Positions 40,648 through 54,050 of a DNA stretch of 64,000 bases are shown here, piece by piece (the stretch's first letter is position 1; each line of letters opens with the position of its first letter). The translations under genes and the position numbers were made by a program. The DNA is from Hydrolagus colliei. Lineage: Eukaryota. The notes beneath the pieces were generated by a model. It did no database searches and had not been told where the DNA came from. It saw nothing but the letters and a program-made list of their open reading frames with translations. The DNA is taken from the NCBI GenBank assembly GCA_035084275.1, contig CM068761.1:5084001-5148000 (forward strand), written 5' to 3'.

Positions 40648-40753
40648 CTTTGCATCTTGTCGAGTGAGAAAATCAACAAATCCAAAGCCTCTGTGTGTGC
40701 CAGTTCCACCCATTTTCTTCGGCAGTCGCAATGTCTTTATTTCTCCAAATGTA
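40648..40753 (-). CDS. RBM19: RBM19 coding exon (RNP1 of the last RRM)
   Basis: ttttatttcag|T ACA...GCA AAG|gtata, translating (S)[35 protein letters not shown]. 106 bp. Confidence 0.97.
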
Positions 40754-43700
40754 CTGAAATAAAAGGAGAAGTTGATGAAAGCATTCTGTTATCATTATTC
40801 AAAATCTGCATCTCCAATCAGATATTACAACCTTTTTAAGGCAAACTAAACAGAAGGGTGCGGTAATTATTTAGACTTTGTAGTATTATGCTATGGTCCA
40901 AATAGCCAAAATAAAGTTTGGTTTTAATATTCTGACAGATCATCAATGCCTATGACATTCAGAGCAGAAATACAGTTTAGTGTACATAAGTAGGTGGAAA
41001 AAAGCAATACAGTATATTGAAAGGAAGGAGTTAATTGATCACGGAAGATAAGCCAAGGCAGTAAGATAAGATGCGAGAGTTTTGAAGGGCAATTTTAGCA
41101 CAGATATCATGAAGTATTTATTTACACAACGGATAATCAATACCTTCAAATGGTTCTTTGGAACAAATTCCTGACGCCCTTGTCCCCAGCAAATTGACTT
41201 GCCCTCAAATACCATTGAGCCCTTGCCCCACTCTACTCCCCTGTTCTTTCAACAAAAGCACCGTATTTGGTGTGCAAGCTTTCAGCCACTTTTCCCCATT
41301 TCATTCCCTCGACTTAAACAGTTTATTTGTAAAGCATATGTTTTGATATCTATGCTCCTTAAGTAGTAGTTACATTTTAGCATAGGAGAACCCAGATGTG
41401 TAATTCTGTTTAGTCAATAAAGACCCCAAGCAAATGCTAAACCTGTACTCGTCCACAAACTATTCCTAAAGAAGCCGGACTGCCCACTAAATTAGAAGGA
41501 TTCATGAAAACATCATTGTGACACACAAGCAGAAATGGCATTTTTTTAAAATGAATTACATCAACTCAGCTAAAATCAGAGGATTAAAAGTTCACCCATT
41601 TCAATAAAATAAGCAATTTCTGCAACAGGAAAGAATAAGCAAAAACAAGCAGATAGCAGTCTTTTTAAGAATGCTATATTTGGTTTTGAATAACCAGAAA
41701 AATCTAATTTAAGTAAAGTGCACATAGTTTTAATTACATTTGATATTTTTAACATTTCAATGTAAATTATAGGCATCCCTAGATTAGCCCAAAAATGAAA
41801 TGCAAGCCTAGAATTTGCAGCAATGAATACTTTAATAAGCAACTGAGACCCTGAATCTATATACAGTGTTAACCAAGCGAACCCAGCATGATCAGGCATT
41901 TATCTCCTGCATTTCCTGAGACACTACAGCGTGCAAATTTGGGATTATGAAAACCACGAATGAATCTGCACGTCCCTTTCAAAATTCTGCCGATGCAATA
42001 TTCAAGAAGGAAAAAATCAGAGTTAAGCAGAAATGTTATGCATATGCTGTGAAGCATATCATGACTGTGCCAGCACCCTGAACAATCATTCAAAAACAAG
42101 TTGAATGTCCCTAACTGTGCAACATCTGTGTAATGACAGAACCGATTTATTAGATCTAATAGAAGATATGAGAAGGGTGGCTGAAGCAGAGGTTAAAGGA
42201 GATACCAAAACAGCTGCAAAACAGATGCAAACACAGTAAATCCACTTTGTTCTGCACCCTATTCCTGACCTTTAATACAATGAAAATTCAAATGTTAGGC
42301 TTCAAGAGATGCTTGCCATTATAAAAGTCGCAGTGCTAGACTGAAGGAACAAAGCATTAGTCATGTAGCTTTAAGAAAAATCCACAATCAGCCACAGGGG
42401 TCACAAGTATAAGCACAAAAGAAAAAGCACTGTAATGAGTCTGAAATAGAGCAAATATTTTGGAATCTGAGCCACAACGAAAAAGTCACTGATTTGGCCC
42501 TCATGTCTCTGTAGTTTAATTTACCTGGCTAATCCTATTCTGGCCAAATGACATGGTAAAATGCGGATTGTTAAATTGGTTGAAACAGACCGCATCACAA
42601 CAGTGATTTACATTTATGAGATTGCTAACCCTTGTGGTCATTGTTTTTGTTTAAATCCTTTGTCCAGAAAATATTACAATGTCCAATGTTTTATTTGCCC
42701 TCAGAATATTACAAACCGTGAGGAATAGGAATGAGAAAAATCTAGGACTTGATCTGAGAAATGCCATCTTTTTCCTACTTTTATATTCCTTTACTCCCTG
42801 TTGAATCAGGATTGATCCAATTCCCTTATGTATTATTCAATTGACTTGGTAATTACATTTGGTGGTAGTGTATTCCATACATTGACATGTACAACATTCT
42901 TTATTCCTTAAATTCAAGTCAAGATTGAGTCCTCTTTATCTTATAATCATGTCCTCACATTTCCCTGATCTTATTTTGAGTAAGATGCAGCACCTCTATA
43001 CATACGTTATTGAGGGCATTCATTGTCCTATTTAATGACATTTGCTCCAATGACAATAAAAGTCGATCAACTACAGAGCTGGAGATAGTATATGTGCTGT
43101 GTGAAAAAAAACAGCCTTTCAAGTACAAAAGTGGAAGGAGTTGATGTTGAAATCTGAATAATGATCTCTCGAATGTATTCAGTTTCCTCTATGTTGGATG
43201 TGTGGCCATTATCCACTGGACAAAATTGTGGACTTCAATACCAGTACCAGCTTCTGGTTGAACCACAAGATGCAATGTATATCACTTAATATTGTGAATA
43301 TATTTTAAAAAAGAGAGCCTACTCTGTCAACTGCCAATTTGCCCACAAATACACTCACTACATTTTACAGTAAATCCTGACAAGCTGGAGGTATTTGGTA
43401 GCCATGCTAATAATAATGATATAATAATCCTTACATTTGATCCCTCTGCATCAAATGCAAGGTTTATTATTAATTGAATACCATTGGACAGTGTCACAAC
43501 AGTATAAACATTGATCCAAATATGAATTTAAAATTGTTAAGTTAGTCATATTATTTCTCCTTCACCGATAATCAAAGCAGTACATCACTGTATGCTCAGC
43601 AATATTGTTCTTATAACAAACTTGCATTTCCAGCAATCTGAGTGGCAAACAATGAGGAAGAAGTACAAGGAATTTAGAGGTGAATAAAGCAGTGTGTGAG

Positions 43701-45725
43701 ACACTTCTGCTCTCAGCTCTTTACAGTGATCCATATAGTTCCCACAATTGCCATGTAATGCTTAGTGACAATTCAATGTAATACACCGTATTCAATGGAA
43801 TACCAAAATCTTTTACAATTGCAATTTCACCCTCCACCCTCTCTTCCAAAAGCTCATTTCATATTCTGTTCATTAATTGTAACTGGATACTTGTCTTTTA
43901 AAAAATATTTCCTTTCTAAGATGGAGACAGCATACAATTCAACAGGGAGATATTTTTGTGGGCATGGAGACAAGAGAATGATGCTTGCACACCATGTTCC
44001 AGACATTATTCCTACTAAAGTGCTAAACTTTAATCTTTCACTGTACTTCGTTAATTATGTCCATTACAGCATTTCATTTACCTAATGTTCCAAAAACCAT
44101 GACTTTCTTGGGATATCTATTTCATTAAGATTTATTGTTGAATTGAATATATTTAATGAATATTAGGTACACTAAGTGACCCCTCCAATGAAAAAGGAGC
44201 ATCAAAAGCAACAAATTGAAATTTGCCTTTAAGAGTTAAAAAGAAATGTCTTCATAACCCATTTTTAAAAAGGTAATCTGAAATGTTGTAACTGTCATTT
44301 AAGTGCCATCGTATCACCTCTGAAATGTTTTGTCAGGAATGTCAGAGTGCGATTGATTGACAACATGAGTGACTGGCTGTGGATAGCAGCTTCCAAGTGG
44401 AAAAATTATCTGAAACTCGTAAATACTAAGTTGTACAATTACACCTGCGAGGTGCAGAAACCTTTCATACAAGCAGCAAATAATTTAGTTTGGATTTTAA
44501 CAAGGTGTATATACACACAAGGTGTATAATTATCATGACTGTATTATTTCTTTTGACATTAAAAAATTGTATGTGGACAACTGTACATGGGGCAGGAATA
44601 TTAACATGTATTATTTGCTGTGAAATGAAGCCTGCAATGTTCAGTTAAATTTAGAAATTTCAAAAAAATTGTTTAAAAGGAACTTCTATGGTTCCTGTAA
44701 ATAAAACATTGTGGAACACTTACCTGATAAACATAAAATATCACCATAAGCTACAATTTAGAATCATAATTAAAAATGTTCAACCACAATGTGCTGCATA
44801 GCTCATTTTTATGTTTTCATTCATTCCATTAAGGAAACCGTTTATCTAAAACTGAACATATGTGGGACTCAAGCTTAGATCAAAATAACTTAGGATTTAA
44901 ATGAGCCGAACATCTAACGTTTTAAAATATTCAACTTTCAATGGAGTCTATAAATCAATCGCCTGAAAGAATTGAATGAACCACTGTTTAGGATCCCACA
45001 TGCAAAAGTGCTCAAGAAATGTTACTTTTCCACTGGCTTTAAATCTGTAAATTGGAACCTGGGGTAAATTTCTCTTAAGTAGGTTGCTAATGAGCAACTT
45101 AAACTTAATTTCCTTTTCCAGCTTCTAAATGACCCCTTACATTTTGTTCACATATGTAAACAATTTTCTGTGCATTTCCAACAATGGTTGGACAGCCAAA
45201 TGGCAAATTGATTAAACTAGATATATTATAAACTTTTTAAAACTTGAGGAAAAAAATACCAAGCTCATATGATTTGTTGCTGTGTATTTACCAGTCAAGA
45301 GTGTCTTTAATTTTTAAAATTCCAAACCAGAAAGAAAACTCATGCTTTTCTACTTTCTCATTTTCCAATTTATCTCTATAATGGTGGGGCTAAGGCACGT
45401 ATGATTTCACTAACTAAATGGTGACTAGCAGATGAATGAGGATGAACTTACAGTCCCTAGACACACTACTGAACTAAGTGCTACACAGAGCACAGTATGG
45501 AGGATGGTGTGACACTTCATTTCAATGGCTTGCAGGCTAATCATGACAGATGTCACAGAAACACTCACAACTCGTACTATCCTGCCCCGGTATTGGAAAT
45601 GCTGCGAAACATTAAGCCACCGTCAAGTGAATTCTTGCTTATGCTCAGAACAGCAACAAACATTCCTTCTATGTGCATCTAACAGCGCAATGCACGTGGA
45701 TTCACATATGCACACAAATGAGGTA

Positions 45726-46058
45726 CAGTAAAACCTCGATAATCCGACATTCCGAAAGCCCGCAACTCCTTAAAACCGGCAAGATTTCAAAATAACAGTA
45801 ATAGATTTTTTCCCGATGTTGGGCAAATCTCCCGAAGTTCAGAACAGCTGCTTGTAGTTCACAGCGTCGCCACTCTGTCATTCAGTGCTATGGTTGGAGC
45901 TCGGGCATTTTTTCGCTTCAGTGCTATGTTTACAGCACATGTAGTGTATGCGGCAGTGCTTCCCCAGACATTTCTTTGTAGATTTCTAAATACTAGCAAA
46001 CTCCCAAATCCAGGAGGTGTGTAGGCCCAACCGAGCCGGATTATCAAGGTTTTACTTG
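45726..46058. mobile_element. Tigger-type MITE (about 330 bp)
   Basis: TA-CAGTAAAACCTCGATAATCCG ... CGGATTATCAAGGTTTTACT(TG). The right TSD is decayed. Confidence 0.82.
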
Positions 46059-47532
46059 AAATACGTTTTCTTTCTTGCTATTAATGTGGCTAAAAAAAAA
46101 GCCAGTTTCAAATCAAACGTTTCTCTGGTATACTTGGTTGGTATCATTATTATCAACTATTCTGCCATTCTTAAACAAACTACAATGCCAAGTCAGAAAG
46201 GATCAACTAGAAGAATAAGTAGATTGTGGTTTTTGAATGTAATAGGAACAAAATTGCATGGTCTTCATGTAGATGATTAAATAACATTGGTTTCCTACTG
46301 TAGGTGTGATTTTAGATTTCTTGAAAGTTCAAGCTCCACGTGCAATAAGGTTTTGCAAGTATCCATTGGAAGAAGAATTAGTCGGAAACATGGTTTATGC
46401 AAGAAATATGCATCCTTTATACTGCTGGCTGGCTGATCTTTTCCTTCAATTCCACATAAAAAGGCCTCATTCGGAATCACAAATCTTTCAATGGAGAAAC
46501 CAGCAAAGACCTCAAATGACAGGAATAGCAATGCAATGTAAAATCTTAACCTTTCCTGGCTGAGAATGAGTTATCTTGACCGGGCATGATCAGGCTGTCA
46601 GCATTGAGGAGAAGATAACTCATACATGCCTAGCAGCTCTATTTGACTTTTTAAAAAGAATCAAAGTTTGATCTCATTTCAATGTTTACCTTAGTCATTC
46701 TAGCACTGAAATGGCTTACAAAGTAACCTTTTGGGGTCAGTTTTAAGAATTTTCTTTACAAGAATCGCTACTCAAAATGTAATAATCTTTACATTTGATA
46801 TCGCACCTTATCACTTTGTTGGAACATCGCCACATCGTGTCACAGGATGCATTGTGAAGTGCAGTAGTGACTCTTCATTTGTAGGCAAACAAGATACATT
46901 TTTTCAATGGAATAAATGTGAACTTCAAGTCAAAACTACAGTTCTTAATGCCTTTAAAAATATATCTAGGGTTGCCTTTCTTTAAATTAGACAAAGACAG
47001 GCAATACACATACTGCCTACCCTATGGCATCACAGTATCAAAGCCTTGATACTGACTTGTATCTCTAACATTTAGAGATACAAGTCAGGAATAAATTAAT
47101 TGTTTATAGTTTTGTTCTCAACACCAACAATAGCAAGTTGCATTTATATAGCTATGTTATGCAGGGTAGCATCCCAGAGCACTTGACAATGGTGGAGCAT
47201 CAGTTGATAAAACTGTTTTGCTCTTGGTAATGTTAATGTTCAAAGTAGAGCCAAAGGTAACAGGAGGGATGATGAAGGGTCACTTGAATACCTAGAAGTT
47301 ATTTGGCTTCCTTGAAATAGCGAGACAACTTTTTTTTGTTGAGTTTCACCGCAGGATTCACTCTTTCCAGAAGTTGTGTAATGTCAAGAGATAGCACAAG
47401 CCAATATTAAGGGTAATTGGTCACTCGGAAGAGTCTATGACATTTAATGCATGCTTTGAAAATAGAAACAGGCTGGAGGCTAAAGATCAGTAGAGCAGAG
47501 CAGATCTGCTTTAGATTGGCTGTGGCAGGTTA

Positions 47533-47838
47533 TAATAGTAATAATAATCCTTGCATTTGCGATTTTCATGTCTTTTAGATGTCTCAAAATGCTTCACAGA
47601 ATATACTGTAAAGTGAATTGACTATGTTTGTGGGCGAAACGCTGGCAGCCAATTATGCACACAGCAGTGTGCCGCAAACAGTTGTAGCTTGAGTGACCAA
47701 ATTATTATTGCTTTTTTGGAGGGATTATTATTAGATGTGTGGAGTAAGGAAACTTGCCCAAGGTTTTGCCCTGCCTGGAATCGAACCCAGGTCTCTCGCT
47801 TGCAAGGCAAGTGCTCTAACCACTGAACTATTGGGTTC
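47533..47838 (-). mobile_element. Near full-length tRNA-derived SINE (dominant family of the window)
   Basis: Minus strand shows A box TAGTTCAGTGG, B box GGTTCGATTCC, body AATTGGCTGCC...TTTCGCCCACAAA...GTCAATTCACTTTACAGTATATTCTGTGAAG and an AAATGCAAGGATTATTATT tail. Many similar copies occur in the window. Confidence 0.9.
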
Positions 47839-48954
47839 TATAAATTGCAAGCAGTTGCTGTATACACACACAACATCCAGTTCTTGCTGCTGCCAATGAA
47901 AGAAAAATTGATACTGCAGTCCAGAATAAGGGTGGATATTCTACAAGGAATGGGGGTGAGGAGGAGTGAAGAGAAAGATCACTTGATGAGAATGACAGTG
48001 TAACTGCATACATTTCTTAAATGAATATCATCTCAAGTGGCTTCAATCCGTGAACAATTGCCACAAAGCCTATAATCAGTGTTTGCATTACCATCAACAT
48101 TTTATAGCGGACATGCTACACTATATCCTGCATCACCCAGAATATCTGGTCAGTTAAAATGGACAGTAGATATGTGGGATCGGTAAACATGATTGAGAAA
48201 TCCAAAACAAATAATAAAAACTGTTTTAATGTACGTTAGCTGGGTACATATTGTTTTGCCTCTGCCTTTACAAAAAAAATTCTCTTTAAAGTGGGAGGAA
48301 TAATTATGTTGGATGGGAGGGTGGGGAGAAAACAGGTGGTTGGTATAGCAATGAAATAAACAAAGAAATGTCAGAAATACAGCCCAAATTCTGAAGGAGT
48401 GAATATAAAAATCTCACTTAAGCTGGGCACATCTGTTGTGCAGATAGTTGATCATTTATTCTTCTAAGAACAAAGATTATTAAGTAGAATAATAGGGATT
48501 GATTAGTTATGTTGAATAGGATTTGCTCTACTTTGTCAGTGAGGAGAATATTTTACTTGACACTGAATACTGGTTGTCTATGGTAGCTTTCATCAAAATT
48601 AAGATTTAATTTGGCTGTAGGAGAGTAAGAATGAAAGAAAAGACTTAAGACTATGAAAGGTAGGATGGAAACGGAAGTGTGGAGAGGGGAACATGCTCTA
48701 CTGTATCAGTTTACATATTGGCATGACACCACAATTAAAAGACAGCAAATCAATTCTGGAAGTTTGACAATCTAATCAGACATTTTGTCTGTATAAGACA
48801 AACATTTACATTTATAAAAAATAAATATAAAGAACTACTTTTAAGATATACAAAAGTTTGAAGTTATATACTGCACTTAGTAAAGAAACAGCAAAAATTA
48901 TTCCCTCTCCCACAAATTTAGTTGGTTCTGTGCACCATAAAAAAATTAAAGGAT

Positions 48955-49306
48955 GATAATAATATAATGCTTGCAACTTATAATAGCAGTTTATCATGGC
49001 GGTCTCAATGCACTTCACAGAATATACTATAAATTGATTGTATATTTTGTGGGCGAAACACCACTAGTGCACAGCGGCGTCCTACAAACAGTCATGGATT
49101 GAGTGAATTTTTTTTCATTTATAGTTGGGGTTATTACCGCTGGAAAAGTGATCCGCTAATCGGCTAACAACCAGGTTCCTACTTACTGCTGGGTAAACAG
49201 AAGCATGTGGATGGAGTAAGTAAACTTGCCCAACGAATTGCATGGGAACAGAACCCAGGTCCTCTCACTTGCAACGCGAGTGCTCTAACCAATAAGCTAC
49301 AGGATT
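48955..49306 (-). mobile_element. Full-length tRNA-derived SINE, longer variant with an extra internal segment
   Basis: tRNA head at 49250-49306, an internal TGTTTACCCAGCAGTAAGTAGGAACCTGGTTGTTAG segment, and the shared 3' body. Confidence 0.85.
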
Positions 49307-50080
49307 CCACAAGGTTGTATACATTTTGTGTATTCTTACTGTCTAAAAAAACTACTACAGACTGGGTTCACAACTGCTCTAGAAGTACTGTGAAACTGAA
49401 TTGCAATTGATTTACCAATATGCTCAACTTCAAACCTGACCCTACTTATAGGATAGACAAACCTGATGATACAACAATCAATTTCCATCAATAAATTTAC
49501 ACAACTGCATTAAGTATAAGACAACGCTTTATTAGAATTCACTTGGGAAAATGTAACCCAAAGGCTCAGTTCAATATCCATGGTCCAAAGGTACAGAAAG
49601 TACACAATGTTGGCTGAAACAGAAAATGATCAGCTAAGCTTAATATGAAATTGTTAAAAACATTCTTCATTACAGTTAAACAATCCAAAGAAAAATGTTG
49701 AAAGTAGGTCAAGCTATACCTGTTGGAGCATTACGAACAAAAGCTCAACATATTTAAATAAATTCTGATGTTGCAAAATAGGACTTCTTATTCCATTAAT
49801 ATGGTATACATTCCATCTGCAGTACTGTGCCTATCGTCAAAATGGGATATTTTGGGGGAAAAAAAAAGCTCCAACATGACAAGCATTGTAGCTAAAGTGC
49901 TATAAAGCTGAAATAATGCAATTAGATGTTGTACAATCTGCAATAAACAATAATTTTCAACCCTATGATGGATGCTGTGACCAAAAGACAAATGATGTCC
50001 AAAACTCAACCATTTAATGGTGATAATGATGGTGTTTACCCCTGGCTGTATAATCTAAGTGCCGGCTCCATTTACTTATA

Positions 50081-51213
50081 CAGGTAAGCCTCTATTTAGG
50101 ACGCTTCTATTTAGGACACTTCGGTTGAAGGACCATAATTTTTTAACACCTTTTGATCGATATAGGGCACTTGGATTAGTTTTAACGAATTAAATTTTTG
50201 TTTGCGAATGCACAATACATTGTATTCAATACATTGAATATTATGATCGTTTTTGTCCATATGCACAGTCCATAGCGTACTCGCGGGTAAATACAAGCAT
50301 TTGAACTGGCCAACATCATGTCGCCAAGTCATTGTTTAAAAGCCAGTTGATTTTGAAGCGACATCATGCCACGTTCAGTATTACAGTAATTTCCGAACAT
50401 TCCTGAGCGATTTACAGCCTCTGCTATTCTAGCAAGTCGGGGAGAGACAGCAGTAAGTGAAATAAGCAGCGGTAATACCGCTAGCGGCCAGAAACCCCGC
50501 AAGGTCATCACTTTAAATACAAAATTGGATAAAGGTGATAAAACTCATCGATTCTGGCAAAAAAGTTACGGACATCAGGAGGGCTTTAAAGCTAGCTAGA
50601 TCAACAGTGGCTGCTATAAATCAGAATAAGGACAATGTACTGGCAAGTTCATGGTGTGTTACAGCCATAGGTGCAAGCAGATTAGCAAAACATAGGATTG
50701 ATGTGGTAGAAAACATGGAAAGAATCTGAGTGTCTGGATTGAGGATCAGAACCAGCGTAATATACCATGGTTATCCAAGAGAAGGCAAAATATTGTTTAG
50801 GGAGTTAAATGATCAGGAAGGAGAAGGCTCAACGGCACCATCTTTCAGTGCTAGCAGAGGGTGGTTTCAAAGGTTTAAAAGACGCTATGGGCTGCACAAC
50901 ATCAAGATGAGTGGGGAAGCTGCAAGTCACACTGCCAGTATTAAAGTTTGCCAGTAGTGTATTGTATTAAAGTTTGCCAGTATTACAATACAATACTGTA
51001 CAGTTACCCCAAATACCCCTTCTTGCCTATGTGTGTTATGTTGTGTGGTTTTGTGTATTATTTAATGGGTTTAAGGTCTGAAAATTTTGTGAAAAGAACG
51101 CATCTCTGGTTATATAATGGGACTGCATGGGAAATCGCGTTTCGATTTAGGACGTTTCGATCTAGATATGGTTTTTCAGGAACATAACTCTGTCCTAAAT
51201 AGAGTTTTACCTG
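50081..51213 (+). mobile_element. Tigger/pogo-family DNA transposon, internally deleted
   Basis: TIRs CAGGTAAGCCTCTATTTAGGAC and GTCCTAAATAGAGTTTTACCTG, with TA on both flanks and a transposase remnant inside. Confidence 0.92.
50489..50927 (+). pseudogene. Disrupted Tigger transposase N-terminus (psq-type and CENP-B-type HTH). The DDE domain is absent.
   Basis: Frameshifted pieces: RKVITLNTKL, VIKLIDSGKKVTDIRRALKLARSTVAAI, WIEDQNQR and FSASRGWFQRFKRRYGLHNIKMSGEAAS. Confidence 0.9.
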
Positions 51214-52664
51214 TATTTGTTTCTTTTAGTAGATGTTGGCCACAGCAAAATGCAATTCCCTAATCCTGATTTGGATTCTCTTCAACTCATGAGTACTTAA
51301 ATCCTATGCAGCTTTTCAACTAAGCAACTTGTATCTGGTTTAGTATTTTCATATGCGAAGGTGGATTAGAGAATAGAATTAAGAGAAATGAATTTGAAAT
51401 GCTTTAATTGTTTGTATTCTCTGCACAGCTTAACAAGCCTTAATTATAGAAAGAAAATATTCTTCTAGCTTTTGCAACTCAAAACAAAATCCAATCCGAA
51501 TTGGAGCTCACCGCAGGCTTCACAGAGACTTTCCAAGCATCCAGCAATATCTTTGAGCTTTCCCAGGTACTTTCACTGTTATTCTCAACCTCACCACCAG
51601 CTACCACTGATATTCACACACACACACAATTTAGCATTACACAAAAAAATGGATTCTTAGTATCGATTATAATAGTTCACTAAATCCTATATATTTTTAA
51701 CCTGCAAAACACACTCCTATCTGAGGTCCTTTATCCCCCCCACAACCCACACAGCACTTGTGTGACAATAGATACAACTGAAAGTGAATTAATAATGAGT
51801 ATTCATCTGCCCACTAAGTAGCAGTTCCGAGCACTATCACACGCTCTTATCCAATTGGAATTATTTTGCTACCTGAAATAAAAAAGAATTAATCACTTAC
51901 TTGGTAATTAAATACAATGGAAGATTTCTTAGCAAATCTTGTTAGCTGCAAAACGTAACTGTCATATGAGCTGACTGCACAGCTGACTGACAGTTTGACG
52001 ACAAAGCGAAGGCAGCATCCTCAAATAATTTCATCAGCACTTACTGTGTATACTCTAAGGATAGCGAGGACTTCCAACTCAGGTTGCATTTAAAATGTTA
52101 TCTGGTGATGTGGCTCAATCTCACCAATTAATTTTATCTACTACTTTTGTTTATCTTGCTTCATAATTTCTAAAATATCTACACTATAAAAGCTTTGTCT
52201 ATGCCCAAACAAGGCATTCATCTTTTGCATTTAACATAATACGTTTAAACAATTAAATTACCTTTAAAAATGTTTTTATGTATTCTGCTTTTGTTAATTA
52301 CCAATCAGAATGATTATAAATTGGCTAAGTTTGTACAATAGATAAAGGCACAACATTTTTAAAAAAACTTAACAATCTAAATAGGTGAAGGAAATGGGTC
52401 AAAATCATAAAAAGCACAAAATCCATCAGTTACTTTGGAATTGACATTATTAAGTCAACTGGTCCAATGGTATAACAGATCGTTTTGCAGCTACAATTAA
52501 GTATCAGATCAAAAGATCTGATTCATGTGATTTAATTCAAATAAAACAAGGATTAATTTGACAAGGTAGCCAATAAAGACTACTGCTCAATTCCATCTCA
52601 ACTCATACAATCTCGGTCATAATGTCATTGGTGTTTGGATAGCCTATTGCCTCTAAAAGCTTTC

Positions 52665-52683
52665 CACACACACACACACACAC
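52665..52683. repeat. (CA)n microsatellite
   Basis: Direct reading. Confidence 0.9.
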
Positions 52684-53699
52684 GCGAAGAATAACCGTTT
52701 AGGTGAGGTATCAGACAGTTGCAATTGCAAATTAGAGGGAAGAAAATTGAAGAGACTAATGGTTGAGTATGGATTCTTGCCTGAAATTTTCAGTTCTTTG
52801 ATATTTGGTATCTGAGCCAAAGATGATTAAAGAAAGGCAGTTGACTATAGAAAGAAGAAAAGTTAGAGACGGTGCAAGTCAACAACTCGGGTAGTTCTAA
52901 ACAGCTTGCAAGTAGCTTCACAGCTTTGTGGAAAGATAACGTTTTATTCTGGAGATGGTGAATGATACAACTCGCGTTAGAACCCACAGAATAAAACATT
53001 TATTGTTAAACAAAAACCACACGGCAAAGAGCAAGTAATAAATTAATATCTCTAAAAGATAGACAAATAGGCATCAAGGGAGGAATATACTCAAAAAGTC
53101 AGTTGGTAACACACAAGCGCACAGACTCAGAAAAGTAGTATAGTGTACTTGGTAAGAAACTCCACAATAGATCATGACTAGTTTCATATGTTCATGAATA
53201 ATTCTCACAAAGCAGCCATTTGACAATGACATATGGCATTATCCTCTACAGCTGACATACATATTGAAGAACTGAGCACACTGACCCAGTGGGAATTGTG
53301 GTCAGGAAGAAAAATCACAGAATGCATGCTGGGTATTCAACACCCAGGCCCATGTTGGTCGATTCAGTCCTTTTATAATCAGGTGTCATGTCAGAGATGT
53401 AGGTGTCTTTTCAAACCTGCAGTGGTGGCACTGCTATTAACAAAACTCATAGCGCCAAAAGAAAGCCTGGGAACAAAAAAAGCCTAAAAAGTTGTTCTTT
53501 CCCCTCCCCTATAAAAGAACAAGTTGCTACCAATTACTGATTTGCAGTGCTTTTTGGTTTCTGAAAGAATGTTCTTAGCAAGCCAATCCCGATAATCTCA
53601 AACAACATTTCTGTCCTCAAAATTTAATTTTTATTTATGAATTTATTTAATTTTTATTGTACTTCGGTGATAAATTCTAGTTTTGGCTGAATGTTTGAA

Positions 53700-54050
53700 A
53701 CAGAATCCTCAATGCTGCATTAAATGTACAATGCACTAAACCACTAATTCAACTTGGAAATGATGGAGAAAGGCTGCTTTTTTGATTGAATATTTTGCCT
53801 GTAGGAATGGGACTAATGTAAACGCAGGCAGAATTTAATGCCGAGTTCACACAATTTTCAGCAGCAGTGATTTCAGTGGATGCATTTAAATTTCCCGCTC
53901 CGAATTGCCTTTGATTGGGGTTTGCTCAGCAGTTAGTTTCATATTATTAGAGCTAACCACATAAATCAGTTATAAATTTTAGCAGACAATTTTGGGATGG
54001 AGCACAAATCGATTCACATTGGCCGCATTTATATTGCAGTGATGAAAAAT
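53700..54050. promoter_or_regulatory. Candidate intronic conserved non-coding element
   Basis: Repeat-free block with CTTTGAT (TCF/LEF), GTAAAC (Fox), CATAAATCA (Hox/Pbx-like) and TAAT motifs. Inference only. Confidence 0.35.

Noticed and set aside
47760-47838. tRNA-like sequences with A and B boxes (also at about 26212, 49250 and 56540)
   Set aside because: They are SINE heads continuing into the SINE body and lack a proper acceptor stem; not tRNA genes.
51870-51905. Donor GTAAGT and acceptor ttttttatttcag close together on the minus strand
   Set aside because: Only about 28 nt apart, too short for an intron, and the bases after the AG (GTAGCA) are a poor recursive donor.
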